From positions 1 to 18,948 of the forward strand of contig JBFLZG010000088.1 in assembly GCA_040756235.1 (NCBI GenBank): a DNA stretch of 18,948 nucleotides, given 5' to 3'. Made by a program: the position numbers and the translations under genes. The notes below the pieces were generated by a model. It ran no database searches, was not told the DNA's origin, and was given only the letters and a program-made list of their open reading frames with translations. This document shows positions 1 through 9,293 of this stretch, in pieces (position 1 is the first letter of the stretch; every line of letters starts with the position of its first letter). The stretch is from a bacterium (lineage in GTDB: Bacteria; Desulfobacterota; DSWW01).

Positions 1-26
1 GGCCCGTTCGGCACGAGCCTTCTGCC

Positions 27-63
27 GCAGGGACTGGACCCCGGCCTGCGCCGGGGTGACGGA
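27..63. repeat. REP-like palindromic repeat, copy 1 (GTCACCCCGGCGCAGGCCGGGGTCCA type)
   Basis: gcagggactggaccccggcctgcgccggggtgacgga has an internal hairpin (accccggc/gccggggt) and is the exact reverse complement of 9294-9330. Confidence 0.85.
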
Positions 64-73
64 AAGACGATTT

Positions 74-142
74 CGTCATCCCGGCCCAGCGGATTCGCGC
101 AGCGTTGTAGGGGCGACGCATGCGTCGCCCGTCCCGGGATCC
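74..142. repeat. GTCATCCCGG...CCGGGATCC repeat with a nested GTAG-type REP (107-130)
   Basis: cgtcatcccggccc (74-87) is the reverse complement of 9399-9412. GTAG (107-110) is followed by the perfect 20-bp palindrome GGGCGACGCATGCGTCGCCC (111-130). Confidence 0.75.
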
Positions 143-220
143 GGAAGGGTGCATCCAGAGCAGCGGCAACTTCGAGGGTGCTCCCTCGAGTACGATGATT
201 TCCGCAAAGAGGAGTTTCGG

Positions 221-748
221 ATGATCAGCGCAAAGCGGGCCGGCGAGATCATGATCCCCCTTGACAAGTATCCCCATGTCCCGTATTGGTTCAGCCTCCG
301 ACAGGCGATCGCGGAGTTCGAACAATCGGAGTTCGATATCCACGGCCGCAAGTCCCTCCCCAGGGTCGTCCTGATCTTCAACGAGGCTTACGAGCTGCTC
401 GGCATGGCCAGGCGCAGGGACATCCTCCGCGGGCTGGAGCCGGAGTTCCTCTCGGTCAAGCCGATCGACGCCCGCAAGGAGATGTTCGACGTGAAGGTCG
501 ACCCCAACCTTTCAGAGCTTTCCTACGATAAGCTGCTCGAGGGCCTGCGCAAGAAGGCCGAGCGGCCCATCTCGGAGGTGATGCTTCCCATCCAGGCGAC
601 CGTGGATGCGAACGACCATATCGTCAAGGTCATCTACGAATTGGTGGACAAGAACGTGAGCCAGCTTCCCGTGCTCCAGGACGGCCGGGTCGTCGGGGTG
701 GTCCGCTCCGTGGACGCCTTCCACGAGATTGCCCAACTCCTGCTGTAG
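221..748 (+). CDS. CBS-domain (Bateman) protein
   Basis: Two CBS-like repeats (AGEIMIP...LLGMARRRDIL; ISEVMLP...QLPVLQDGRVVGVVRSVD). ATG 221 chosen because AGAGGAG precedes it; the longer GTG start at 56 lies inside repeats. Confidence 0.85.
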   Translation: MISAKRAGEIMIPLDKYPHVPYWFSLRQAIAEFEQSEFDIHGRKSLPRVVLIFNEAYELLGMARRRDILRGLEPEFLSVKPIDARKEMFDVKVDPNLSELSYDKLLEGLRKKAERPISEVMLPIQATVDANDHIVKVIYELVDKNVSQLPVLQDGRVVGVVRSVDAFHEIAQLLL

Positions 749-785
749 CGCGCGGGTCCCCATTCATCGGAGGATCCAAGCCAAA

Positions 786-2288
786 ATGGAAGGCCTGCCG
801 CCCAAGCCCGGAACCATCTATCTTGCCAAGGCCGCACCCCGCAAGATCGACTGGAAACGGATCGGCGCCCTCCTGCTCGGGATCGCCCTGTTCTGCCTCG
901 TCTACTATTCGCCGTCCCTGCCGGACGGTGTGACGGGCGCCGGCGACCCCCTTCCCCTCACCCATGAAGGCAAAGCCGCCCTCGCCGTTTTCGCCCTGGC
1001 CCTGACGTGGTGGATCTTCGAGGTCATTCCGCTCGGCGTCACCGGCGTCGCGATCGGGGTTGCTCAGGCCTTCCTCCTGATCCGCCCCGCCGGGTCGGCC
1101 TTCGAACAATTCATGCACCCTTCCGTCTGGTTCGTCTTCGGCTCCCTGGTCATCGGTCTGGCCTTCAACAAGACCGGCCTCACCAAGCGGGCCGCGTACC
1201 GGATGCTCACCTGGGCGGGCGAGCGCACCCGGGTGGTCTTTCTCGGCTGCATGGTCATGACCGCGGCGCTGACCCACGTCATGGCCCACACCGCCGTTGC
1301 CGCTTCCGTGTTTCCGCTCCTCAGGGCCATCCACTCGTTGTATGAAGAAGACAGCAGCCGGCCGAGCCGTTTCGGCAAGGCCCTCTTCATCAGCATGGCG
1401 TTCACCTGCGGGGCGGCCAGCATCATCACGCTCCTGGGCTCGGCGCGCGGCGCGCTGGCCCTGGGCATCTTTCACGCCTTTGCCGGAAAGGAGATCTCCT
1501 TCTTCCGCTTCTCCTGGTACATGTTCCCTCTCGGGTGGGTCATGGTCCTCGCGCTGTGGATCTTCTTCATCGTCTTCTTCCCGCCCGAAAGGAGGGTGAT
1601 CCCGGGGCTCCACGAGCGCGCCAAGCTGCTCCACTCGAGACTCGGCCCCATGTCCGGGGCGGAGCGCATGACCGTGGTCGTCGTCGCGGGGATGCTCGCC
1701 CTGCTGCTCCTCCAGAGCCTCGTGCCGGCTCTGGGCGCCGTGAACAAGAGCGCGGTCATCCTGGTTTCGACCATCCTGTTCTTCGTTCTCGGCATCCTGT
1801 CGGTCAAGGACTTCCAGGAGCTGCCCTGGAACCTCGTCCTGTTCTTCGGGGGCGCCATGAGCATCGGGCTGTGCCTGCACGAGACCGGTGCGGCCGCCTG
1901 GCTGGCCGCTCGCTACCTGAGCCTGCTCCACGGCCCTGCGCCGTTTCTGCTGGTCATGGCGACGGCGCTCGTCGTCCTTCTCACGATCAACTGGATGATG
2001 AACGTGGCCGTCATCGCGCTCGCGATCCCGGTGGGGCTGCTCGCCGCCTCCTACGGCGCCGCGACCCCGGAGATGATGCTGTTCGCCTGTCTGGCCACCG
2101 CCGGAATGCCTTTCCTGCTGCTTTACGGGTCGGCGCCCAACGTCATCGCTTACGGCAGCGGTCTGTTCACGCAAAAGGAATTCCTCCGGGTCGGCGTTCC
2201 GGCCAGCCTTCTCCTCATGGCCGTGCTCGCGCTGTTCGTCTGGAAGGTGTGGCCGGCCATGGGCCTGTCGCTGCTGCCCGCGCACTGA
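786..2288 (+). CDS. DASS/SLC13 family anion permease
   Basis: About 500 aa, highly hydrophobic. DASS-like segments WWIFEVIPLGVTG, KTGLTKRAA, PWNLVLFFGGAMSIG and GSAPNVIAYGSG. GGAGG upstream of ATG 786. Confidence 0.85.
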   Translation: MEGLPPKPGTIYLAKAAPRKIDWKRIGALLLGIALFCLVYYSPSLPDGVTGAGDPLPLTHEGKAALAVFALALTWWIFEVIPLGVTGVAIGVAQAFLLIRPAGSAFEQFMHPSVWFVFGSLVIGLAFNKTGLTKRAAYRMLTWAGERTRVVFLGCMVMTAALTHVMAHTAVAASVFPLLRAIHSLYEEDSSRPSRFGKALFISMAFTCGAASIITLLGSARGALALGIFHAFAGKEISFFRFSWYMFPLGWVMVLALWIFFIVFFPPERRVIPGLHERAKLLHSRLGPMSGAERMTVVVVAGMLALLLLQSLVPALGAVNKSAVILVSTILFFVLGILSVKDFQELPWNLVLFFGGAMSIGLCLHETGAAAWLAARYLSLLHGPAPFLLVMATALVVLLTINWMMNVAVIALAIPVGLLAASYGAATPEMMLFACLATAGMPFLLLYGSAPNVIAYGSGLFTQKEFLRVGVPASLLLMAVLALFVWKVWPAMGLSLLPAH

Positions 2289-2313
2289 CGGGGACCGGCC
2301 GATCTGCTAGAAT
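2285..2313 (+). promoter_or_regulatory. Putative sigma70 promoter for the histidine kinase
   Basis: CTGACG (2285-2290), 17-nt spacer, TAGAAT (2308-2313), with an extended -10 TG at 2305-2306. Confidence 0.45.
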
Positions 2314-2364
2314 GCTATCCCAAAAGGGCGCTCGCGCGCAGCGGGAGCCATCGAGGTCGCACCT

Positions 2365-3768
2365 TTGTCGCTCTCCAAGAGAATTTCGTCCTTCTTTTCC
2401 GGCCGATCCCGCCGCAAGGTCCACGAGCCTTCGGAAACGGAGCCGGAACCCGGCCTCGGCGCGGCTGACACGCACCCCGCCCCGCCGCCCGCAACAGCGT
2501 CGGCCCCGGTCGAAGTGGGGGACGATCCCGATGGCGGCGCGGACGGCTTTCGGCGGGCCCGCGTGGGCTCCCTGGCCGAGCTCGCGGGAGGGATTGCCCA
2601 CGAGATCAACAACCCCTTGGCGATCATGGTGGAGGAAGCCGGATGGATGGAGGATCTGCTGGAAGAGGAGGCCTTTCAGCAGAGCGAGAACCTGGATGAG
2701 TTCCGGCGCGCTTTGCGGCAGATCAAGACGCAGGGCGCCCGCTGCAAGGAGATCACCCACAACCTGCTGAGCTTCGCCAGGAAGACCGACCCCAAGGTCA
2801 AGGAGGTCCAGCTCAACGACCTCATCCGGGAAGTCGTGCAGGTCTCGGCCGCAAGGATCTCCCACCCCGGCATCCGGCTGGAGACCCGTCTGGCCGACCG
2901 GCTTCCTCCGATCCGCGTCTCCCCTTCCGAGATGCAGCAGATCTTCACCAACCTCGTCAACAACGCCCTGGATGCCCTCGACTGGCGAGGGGGCACGGTC
3001 ACGGTCGCCACCCGGCTGGAGGGAGAGGAGATCGTGGCGGAAGTCTCGGACACCGGGCAGGGGATCCCGGAGGCGAACCTGAGCCGGATCTTCGACCCCT
3101 TCTTTACGACCAAGCCGGTCGGCAAGGGCACCGGTCTGGGTCTCTCGATCTGTTACGGCATCATCAACCGGCTGGGGGGCGAGATCAGCGTCAAGAGCTC
3201 GGTCGGGGCCGGGACGACCTTCCGCATCCGGATTCCCCTGCGGGAAGGGGCAGGTGAAAAGATGCCGAGCCTGCCGACCCAGCCGTCAGCAGCCGAGCGG
3301 GAGAGCGGCGGGCCGCCGAGGGAGGGTGAGCTGGCCCAGAGCCCGACCGTGGTGCTGGTCGCGGGTGCCGAGGTCCCGTTCGTGGAAGCCGTGGCCAAGC
3401 GGCTGAGCAAGAGGAACGTCGTGGTCCTGAAGGCTTTCAGCGGCGAGGAAACGCTCCAGGCGTTGGCCGAGCACCGGAACGTCGACGTGGTCGTCATGGA
3501 CGTGAAGATGCCCGGGCAGGACGGGCTCGAGACCCTCCGGGAGATCCAGAAACGAGGCTTCCTGGCCGAGGTCATCCTCCTGTCCGGCCACACGACCGTG
3601 GAGTCGGCCATCGACGGCATGAAGCTCGGGGCCTTCGACTACCTCATGAAGCCCTGCGACATGGTGCAGCTCTTCAGCTGCATCGAGAAAGCCAAGGCGA
3701 AGAAGACCCAGCGCGAACAGAGCCTGATGGAGGATCGCATTCGCGAGCTCACCCTCCGCCGCATGTAG
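2365..3768 (+). CDS. Hybrid histidine kinase (HisKA-HATPase_c-REC), no sensor or TM domain
   Basis: H-box [10 protein letters not shown] (His codon 2599), N-box [14 protein letters not shown]1 DTGQGIP, F-box [10 protein letters not shown]2 [10 protein letters not shown]-terminal receiver with MDVKMP, LSGH and LMKP. The TTG start is uncertain. Confidence 0.9.
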   Translation: MSLSKRISSFFSGRSRRKVHEPSETEPEPGLGAADTHPAPPPATASAPVEVGDDPDGGADGFRRARVGSLAELAGGIAHEINNPLAIMVEEAGWMEDLLEEEAFQQSENLDEFRRALRQIKTQGARCKEITHNLLSFARKTDPKVKEVQLNDLIREVVQVSAARISHPGIRLETRLADRLPPIRVSPSEMQQIFTNLVNNALDALDWRGGTVTVATRLEGEEIVAEVSDTGQGIPEANLSRIFDPFFTTKPVGKGTGLGLSICYGIINRLGGEISVKSSVGAGTTFRIRIPLREGAGEKMPSLPTQPSAAERESGGPPREGELAQSPTVVLVAGAEVPFVEAVAKRLSKRNVVVLKAFSGEETLQALAEHRNVDVVVMDVKMPGQDGLETLREIQKRGFLAEVILLSGHTTVESAIDGMKLGAFDYLMKPCDMVQLFSCIEKAKAKKTQREQSLMEDRIRELTLRRM

Positions 3769-3816
3769 AGGCTGGCGCTGAACGGCCATCTGCGCGGACC
3801 CGGGCCTTCCTTGTTA

Positions 3817-3874
3817 TTTTGGCGCGAAAATGATATGAAATTCTGCAATTTCTGAAATTCCCCTCCGAGAAATT
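3817..3874. promoter_or_regulatory. AT-rich intergenic patch with palindromes, putative regulator-binding sites
   Basis: Near-palindrome TTTTGGCGCGAAAA (3817-3830), GAAATT-CTGC-AATTTC (3837-3852), and further GAAATT copies at 3854 and 3869. Confidence 0.4.
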
Positions 3875-3985
3875 GGCCTTTGAGATCCACAATTCAACGC
3901 CTCCGATGCGGATACGCCTGCGCGCATGCCAGCCAGGGCGTGAGACCCGTGCAGGCAGCCCGATTTCGGAATACGGAAAGCCCCC

Positions 3986-4375
3986 ATGGAAGAGTTCAGT
4001 GTCCTGCTCGTAGACGATGAAGTGGAGTTCCTCGACGTCCTCGTCAAGAGGCTGCGCAAACGCAAGCTCAAGATCCTCAGCGCCAACACGGGCGAGGAAG
4101 CTCTGCGGCTGGTGCGGGAGCAGCCGGTCGACGTGACGGTGCTCGACGTCAAGATGCCCGGCATGGACGGCATCACGGTGCTCAGGGAGATCAAGAAGAT
4201 CAACCCTTCCATCGAAGTCGTCATGCTCACGGGGCACGCCAACGTGGAGGTGGCCATAGAAGGCATGGAGCTCGGAGCTTTCGACTACCTGATGAAGCCC
4301 GTGGATATCGACGAGCTGCTGTTCAAGCTGCAGGACGCGTACAAGAAAAAACGCTTCCAGGAGAAGGGCTCCTGA
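3986..4375 (+). CDS. Single-domain response regulator (receiver only, NtrC-like REC)
   Basis: LLVDDE, VLDVKMPGMDG, MLTGH and FDYLMKP are all intact; no output domain. Confidence 0.93.
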   Translation: MEEFSVLLVDDEVEFLDVLVKRLRKRKLKILSANTGEEALRLVREQPVDVTVLDVKMPGMDGITVLREIKKINPSIEVVMLTGHANVEVAIEGMELGAFDYLMKPVDIDELLFKLQDAYKKKRFQEKGS

Positions 4376-4480
4376 TGGGAGGGCTGGAGGGACGGCGGAT
4401 GCCGTTTGGTCTTTGGTGTCCGGAAGGGAGCAGAGGAAGGCGTGGCAACCAGGATCAATGGGTGTGAGGGCGGAGGAGAC

Positions 4481-5761
4481 ATGAAAAGAGCACGAACCCT
4501 GTACCGCATGCTGTGTCTGGCCTCGGCGGCCCACGCGCAGTGGGAGCTGGAGGTCTCCACGAACATCGTCAGGAGCCGCAAGCGGCTCTGGATCCTGGGA
4601 CTCGCGCTCGTCCCGGCCGTGCTGTTCGCCGTGGCGCACGCAGCCGGTCTTCCGGAGATCCTCGGGGGCAAGGAAGCCTACACGCCGGCTTTCTATTCCG
4701 GCAAGATCTTCCTCGTCACCATTCTCATCGGCCTGTGCGCCGGGCTGGTGACCGGATGCATCGGGGCCGGAGGAGGCTTCATCATCACGCCCGCCCTCAT
4801 GAGCGCCGGAATCAAGGGGATCCTGGCCGTGGGCACCGACCTGTTCCACATCTTCGCCAAAGCGATCATGGGGACGGCCATCCACAAGAAGCTCGGGAAC
4901 GTCTCCGTGGGGCTCGCCGTCGCCTTTCTCGTCGGCTCGGCTCTCGGGTCCACAGGAGGCGGCGTGATCAACCGGACCCTGTATGCCTCGAACCCGGTGC
5001 TGAGCGACACCTTCATCAACCTCGTGTACGTGGTGCTCCTGGGATTCCTCGGCATTTACGCGCTGCTGGATTTCCTGAAGCTCAGAAAAGGCGCCGGCGA
5101 CGTCGGAGCCCACGTGGGCGAGAGCCCGCACGGTGCGGAAGCGGCCTCGGGCCGGGTCGGGCTCCCGGCCAAGCTCCAGGCCCTGAAGATCCCGCCCCAG
5201 ATCACCTTCGACGAGGACCTGGCGCCCGGGGGCAAGAAGATCCCGGCCCTGTTCGTCGCCCTGTGCGGGGCCGTGGTCGGATTCGCGGCCTCGATCATGG
5301 GCGTGGGCGGCGGCTTCCTCACCTTCCCGATGTTCATTTACATCCTGGGTGTTTCGTCCTTCACGACCGTGGGCACCGACATCCTGCAGATCATCTTCAC
5401 GGCCGGCTATGCCTGCATCACCCAGTATGCGATCTACGGCTTCGTCTTCTACACGCTGGCCATGGGAATGCTGCTCGGCAGCCTGTTCGGAATCCAGCTG
5501 GGCGCTTTGACGACCAAGGTCGTCAAGGGGATCTACATCCGGGGGTTCTACGCCATCACGATCCTGGCGGGCTTTCTCAACCGGCTGTTCGCGCTGCCGG
5601 CCAAGCTGAGCGAGATGAAGATCATCACGCTCTCCAAGGCGGTAACCGATGCCCTGAACACGGTCGGCATCATCGTCTTCTTCGTTGCCGTAGGCATTTT
5701 CGCCTTCTGGGTGCTCCGGGAGTTCATCGGGAACCTCAAGGTTCTGAGGGGGGAGGCGTAA
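4481..5761 (+). CDS. TauE/SafE (TSUP) family sulfite/organosulfur exporter-like permease
   Basis: Duplicated signature GCIGAGGGFIITP and IMGVGGGFLTFP, each followed by (A/T)VGTD; multiple TM helices. GGAGGAG precedes ATG 4481. Confidence 0.88.
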   Translation: MKRARTLYRMLCLASAAHAQWELEVSTNIVRSRKRLWILGLALVPAVLFAVAHAAGLPEILGGKEAYTPAFYSGKIFLVTILIGLCAGLVTGCIGAGGGFIITPALMSAGIKGILAVGTDLFHIFAKAIMGTAIHKKLGNVSVGLAVAFLVGSALGSTGGGVINRTLYASNPVLSDTFINLVYVVLLGFLGIYALLDFLKLRKGAGDVGAHVGESPHGAEAASGRVGLPAKLQALKIPPQITFDEDLAPGGKKIPALFVALCGAVVGFAASIMGVGGGFLTFPMFIYILGVSSFTTVGTDILQIIFTAGYACITQYAIYGFVFYTLAMGMLLGSLFGIQLGALTTKVVKGIYIRGFYAITILAGFLNRLFALPAKLSEMKIITLSKAVTDALNTVGIIVFFVAVGIFAFWVLREFIGNLKVLRGEA

Positions 5762-5765
5762 GACC

Positions 5766-6518
5766 ATGGTCAGCACAAGAAAAAACGAGTCGTTCGAGCC
5801 TCCTGCGCGAGGCATCGTGGTCAACAAGAAGCAGTTTGCCAAAGGCGCGTTCCTGACGGTCACCTTCTTCTCCGTCCTGGCCCTCATGTTCTCTCCTCTG
5901 TTCCATGGAGAGAATGCCTTCCAGGCAGCCGATCGGCTTTTCAACTCCATCGCCAAGGGATCGAGCAATTTCTTCGATGAAGTCAAGGAAGGGGCGCAAG
6001 CCTTCCAGGGAAATTCCTTCCAGGCCGCCCTGGACCTGAAGAGCGAAGAGATGGCGGTGAAGACGGAGACCCTGCTCCGCTCGGCGGGCGCGCAGGCGGT
6101 GCGGGCCGGCAGCACGCTCGAGGTTTCGGGGGACCTCGGGCAGGTGGCCATGGCTGCCCTGGAAGACGCGGAAGCCATGTTCCATAATAAGGGGGAAGAG
6201 ATCTCCGCCAAGTACGGGCTTCCGGCGAAGGAGGTCCTGTTCGCGTGGTGGAGCACCTTCAAGGACGCGGAAAAGAGCTTCAAGAGCCAGGAGAAATTCA
6301 AAGAAGCGGCCTTCCTGGAAGAGCTGAACAGCAAGGCCGTCGAGGTGGGGTACAATTTCTTCGGAATCGAGCCCTGGAAGGCATCCGCCAACGCGGGAGT
6401 CCTGGGCTTTGCCCTTCTCTTCTACGTGCTCTACACGCTCTGGTGGGGCTACGCCATCCTCTTCCTGTTCGACGGTGTGGGGCTCGAGATGAAGGCAGGC
6501 GCCAAGAAAGAGCTTTAA
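5766..6518 (+). CDS. Hypothetical membrane protein (N- and C-terminal TM helices, central soluble domain), probable TauE partner
   Basis: Starts 4 nt after the TauE stop with GGGAGG upstream. Hydrophobic FLTVTFFSVLALMF and GVLGFALLFYVLYTLWWGYAILFLF; host-like codon usage. Confidence 0.8.
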   Translation: MVSTRKNESFEPPARGIVVNKKQFAKGAFLTVTFFSVLALMFSPLFHGENAFQAADRLFNSIAKGSSNFFDEVKEGAQAFQGNSFQAALDLKSEEMAVKTETLLRSAGAQAVRAGSTLEVSGDLGQVAMAALEDAEAMFHNKGEEISAKYGLPAKEVLFAWWSTFKDAEKSFKSQEKFKEAAFLEELNSKAVEVGYNFFGIEPWKASANAGVLGFALLFYVLYTLWWGYAILFLFDGVGLEMKAGAKKEL

Positions 6519-6575
6519 TTGGGGCACATTCGAGGCTCGTTCGGCGGGGGCGGACGGCCTCTCCGCAGAGCCAAG

Positions 6576-9185
6576 ATGGTCCGGTTCTTGAAAAGACTCT
6601 TCCGGGGATCGGAGGCGGCGCAAGACCCCTCCACCCCGGAAGAAATGCGCGCGGCCTTTCAGTCCAGGTACCACCACTTCAAGCTCCTCCTCAACGCCAA
6701 CAGCAAGGCCCTGGAGCTCATGAGCGACATGGAAGAGGCTCTGCGGGGAGCCCGGCCCTTCGGCATGTCGTTCGTGAAGGCCAGCTCGACCGCGGTTTCG
6801 GTCAACGTCTTCCGCATGATCCGCAACCTTCAGGCCCTTGCCCCCGGCGCTTACGAAGAGCTGTCCGACCGGTTCAAGGAGATCGAAGCCCGGATCCGAA
6901 GCGCCCTCGAGTCGGGGAAGCTGCCTGTTTCGGACCGGCTCATCCTGCCGCTCCGGGAGATTGATAAAGAGATGTCCGACCAGGTTGGCAGCAAGATGGC
7001 CAACCTCGGTGAAATCCGCAACCGCCTGGGCCTCCCTGTCCCCAACGGCTTCATCATCTCCTCCTCCGCCTATCACCGCTTCATGGAGCACAACGACCTG
7101 CAGGCCGAGATCGACCGGCGCCTGCAGACCTCGGACGTGGAGCAGGTCGACCAGATGTACGCCTTGAGCGCCAGCATCCAGCAGCTCATCATCCGCGCGG
7201 CCGTTCCGGAGGACCTCGAGAAGGCGATCCTGGAGGCTTACCGGGAGCTGGAATCCGAAGAAGCAAGCCCGGGCGTCAGGGTCTCGCTGCGGAGCAGCGC
7301 CCTGGGCGAGGACATGGCCGGCACGTCCTTCGCCGGACAGTACCGCTCCGAGCTCAACGTGAGCCCGGAAAACCTCCTGGACGCCTACAAGGAGATCGTG
7401 GCCAGCAAGTACAGCCTCCAGGCCATGACCTACCGGCTGAACCGGGGCATCCGGGACGAGGACATCGCCATGTGCGTGGGATGCATGGTCATGGTCCGTG
7501 CGGCGGCCGGCGGCGTCCTCTACTCGCGCAACCCGCTCAACATCCGGGACGACACCGTGGTCCTCAACTCGGTCTGGGGGCTGGCCAAGTCCGTGGTGGA
7601 CGGCAGCGTGGCCTCGGATCTGTTCGTGGTCTCGCGCAGGCGGCCGCTCGTCATCCTCAGGAAGGAAGTCCCGGTCAAGGACCGCAAGCTCGTGGGCGAT
7701 CCCGAAGAGGGCGTGAGGCGCGAGGATCTGACGGAGGAGGAGGCAGGCCGGCCGTCGATCACCGAGGACCAGGCGCTGCGGCTCGCGGAGATCGGCCTCA
7801 AGCTCGAGGACGACTACGGAGTTCCCCTGGACATCGAGTGGGCGGTCGACGGGGGCGGCACGATCTACGTGCTTCAGTGCCGTCCCTTGCAGCAGGTCGA
7901 AGCGGCCGCGCGCAAGACCGGCCGGGCGCAAGAGGCCGGCACCGGACCGGAGCCGCCGATCCTCGAGGGCGGAATCACGGCCAGCCCGGGGGTCGGCGCC
8001 GGGCCCGTGTTCGTGGTCGAGAAGAACGCGGACGTGCTGCGCTTCCCGGACGGCGCGGTGCTCGTCACCGCCCAGTCCCTGCCTCGATGGGCGGCCCTGC
8101 TCAACCGTTCCGCGGCGGTGGTGACGGAGCAGGGGAGCCTGACCGGACACCTGGCGAACGTGGCCAGGGAGTTCGGCGTTCCGGCTCTGTTCGCCGTGCC
8201 TGGCGCCCTGTCGGCGCTCAAGAACGGGGATGTCGTGACGATCGACGCGGATGCCTGCAGGGTCTACCCGGGCCGCCTGACGGCGCTGGTCGAGCAGTCC
8301 GAAGCCAGGAAGAACCTCATGGAGGGCAGCCCGGTCCACAACCTCCTCCGGGAGGTCGTTCAGCACATCGTGCCCCTGAACCTGATCGACCCCGACGCGC
8401 CCACTTTCCGGCCGAGGCGCTGCCGGACGCTGCACGACATCACCCGCTTCGTGCACGAGAAGTCGGTCCACGAGATGTTCCACTTCGGCAAGGAATTCCG
8501 CTTCAGCGAGCACTCGACCAAGCAGCTCGTCTGCGACGTCCCGATGCAGTGGTGGGTGGTCAATCTGGACGACGGGTTCAAGAGAGAAGTGAAAGAGAAA
8601 TTCGTTCACATCGACGACATCGCGTCCGTTCCCATGCTCGCCTTGTGGGAAGGCATCCGCGCCGTTCCCTGGGAAGGGCCGCCGCCTGTGGACGCCAAAG
8701 GCTTCATGGCGGTCATGTTCCAGGCGACCGCCAACCCGCACCTGGACCCCGCAATGCGCTCCCAGTACGCGCAGCGCAACTACTTCATGATCAGCCGCAA
8801 CTTCTGCACGCTCCAGTCCCGCTTCGGGTTCCACTTTTCCACCGTGGAGACCCTGGTGAGCGAGCGGGCGCTGGAGAACTACATCAGCTTCCAGTTCAAG
8901 GGCGGGGCCGCCGATTTCCAGAGGAGGCAGAGGCGGGTCCTGCTCGTCTCCGAAATCCTGGAGGAGTGCGGCTTCCGGGTGCAGATCAAGGAGGACGCCG
9001 TCTTTTCCCGCCTGGAGGGCTACGACGAGCCGTACATGAAGGAGCGCCTGAGAATCCTCGGCTACCTCATCATCCACACCCGGCAGCTCGACATGATCAT
9101 GTCGGACCCGGCTTCGGCGCAGAAGTACCGGGCCAAGATCCAGCGCGACCTCGCGGGCCTGCGCGAGGCTTCTCCCGGCGCCTAG
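6576..9185 (+). CDS. PEP-synthase/PPDK-like protein: ATP-grasp nucleotide-binding domain, phospho-His swivel domain, uncharacterised C-terminal domain
   Basis: VGSKMANLGE, PVPNGF, RSSALGED, SFAGQY, WGLAKSVVDG, DIEWA and LQCRP. Swivel motif TEQGSLTGHLANVAREFGVP (His codon 8148). ATG 6576 preferred over TTG 6519. Confidence 0.88.
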   Translation: MVRFLKRLFRGSEAAQDPSTPEEMRAAFQSRYHHFKLLLNANSKALELMSDMEEALRGARPFGMSFVKASSTAVSVNVFRMIRNLQALAPGAYEELSDRFKEIEARIRSALESGKLPVSDRLILPLREIDKEMSDQVGSKMANLGEIRNRLGLPVPNGFIISSSAYHRFMEHNDLQAEIDRRLQTSDVEQVDQMYALSASIQQLIIRAAVPEDLEKAILEAYRELESEEASPGVRVSLRSSALGEDMAGTSFAGQYRSELNVSPENLLDAYKEIVASKYSLQAMTYRLNRGIRDEDIAMCVGCMVMVRAAAGGVLYSRNPLNIRDDTVVLNSVWGLAKSVVDGSVASDLFVVSRRRPLVILRKEVPVKDRKLVGDPEEGVRREDLTEEEAGRPSITEDQALRLAEIGLKLEDDYGVPLDIEWAVDGGGTIYVLQCRPLQQVEAAARKTGRAQEAGTGPEPPILEGGITASPGVGAGPVFVVEKNADVLRFPDGAVLVTAQSLPRWAALLNRSAAVVTEQGSLTGHLANVAREFGVPALFAVPGALSALKNGDVVTIDADACRVYPGRLTALVEQSEARKNLMEGSPVHNLLREVVQHIVPLNLIDPDAPTFRPRRCRTLHDITRFVHEKSVHEMFHFGKEFRFSEHSTKQLVCDVPMQWWVVNLDDGFKREVKEKFVHIDDIASVPMLALWEGIRAVPWEGPPPVDAKGFMAVMFQATANPHLDPAMRSQYAQRNYFMISRNFCTLQSRFGFHFSTVETLVSERALENYISFQFKGGAADFQRRQRRVLLVSEILEECGFRVQIKEDAVFSRLEGYDEPYMKERLRILGYLIIHTRQLDMIMSDPASAQKYRAKIQRDLAGLREASPGA

Positions 9186-9293
9186 AGCTCTGCCCTTTAC
9201 CCACAAGTCGGCCCATCAGGGACGCAACGCGAAATCCAGCTCGAAACCGTCATTCGGGAGGACCGGGGAGCGGGCCGCCGCGGCTTCCTCAGC

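Noticed and set aside
3820..3835. Sigma54 -24/-12 promoter (TGGCGCG...), and a similar GGCACG at 10-15
   Set aside because: No GC at the required GG-N10-GC spacing in either case.
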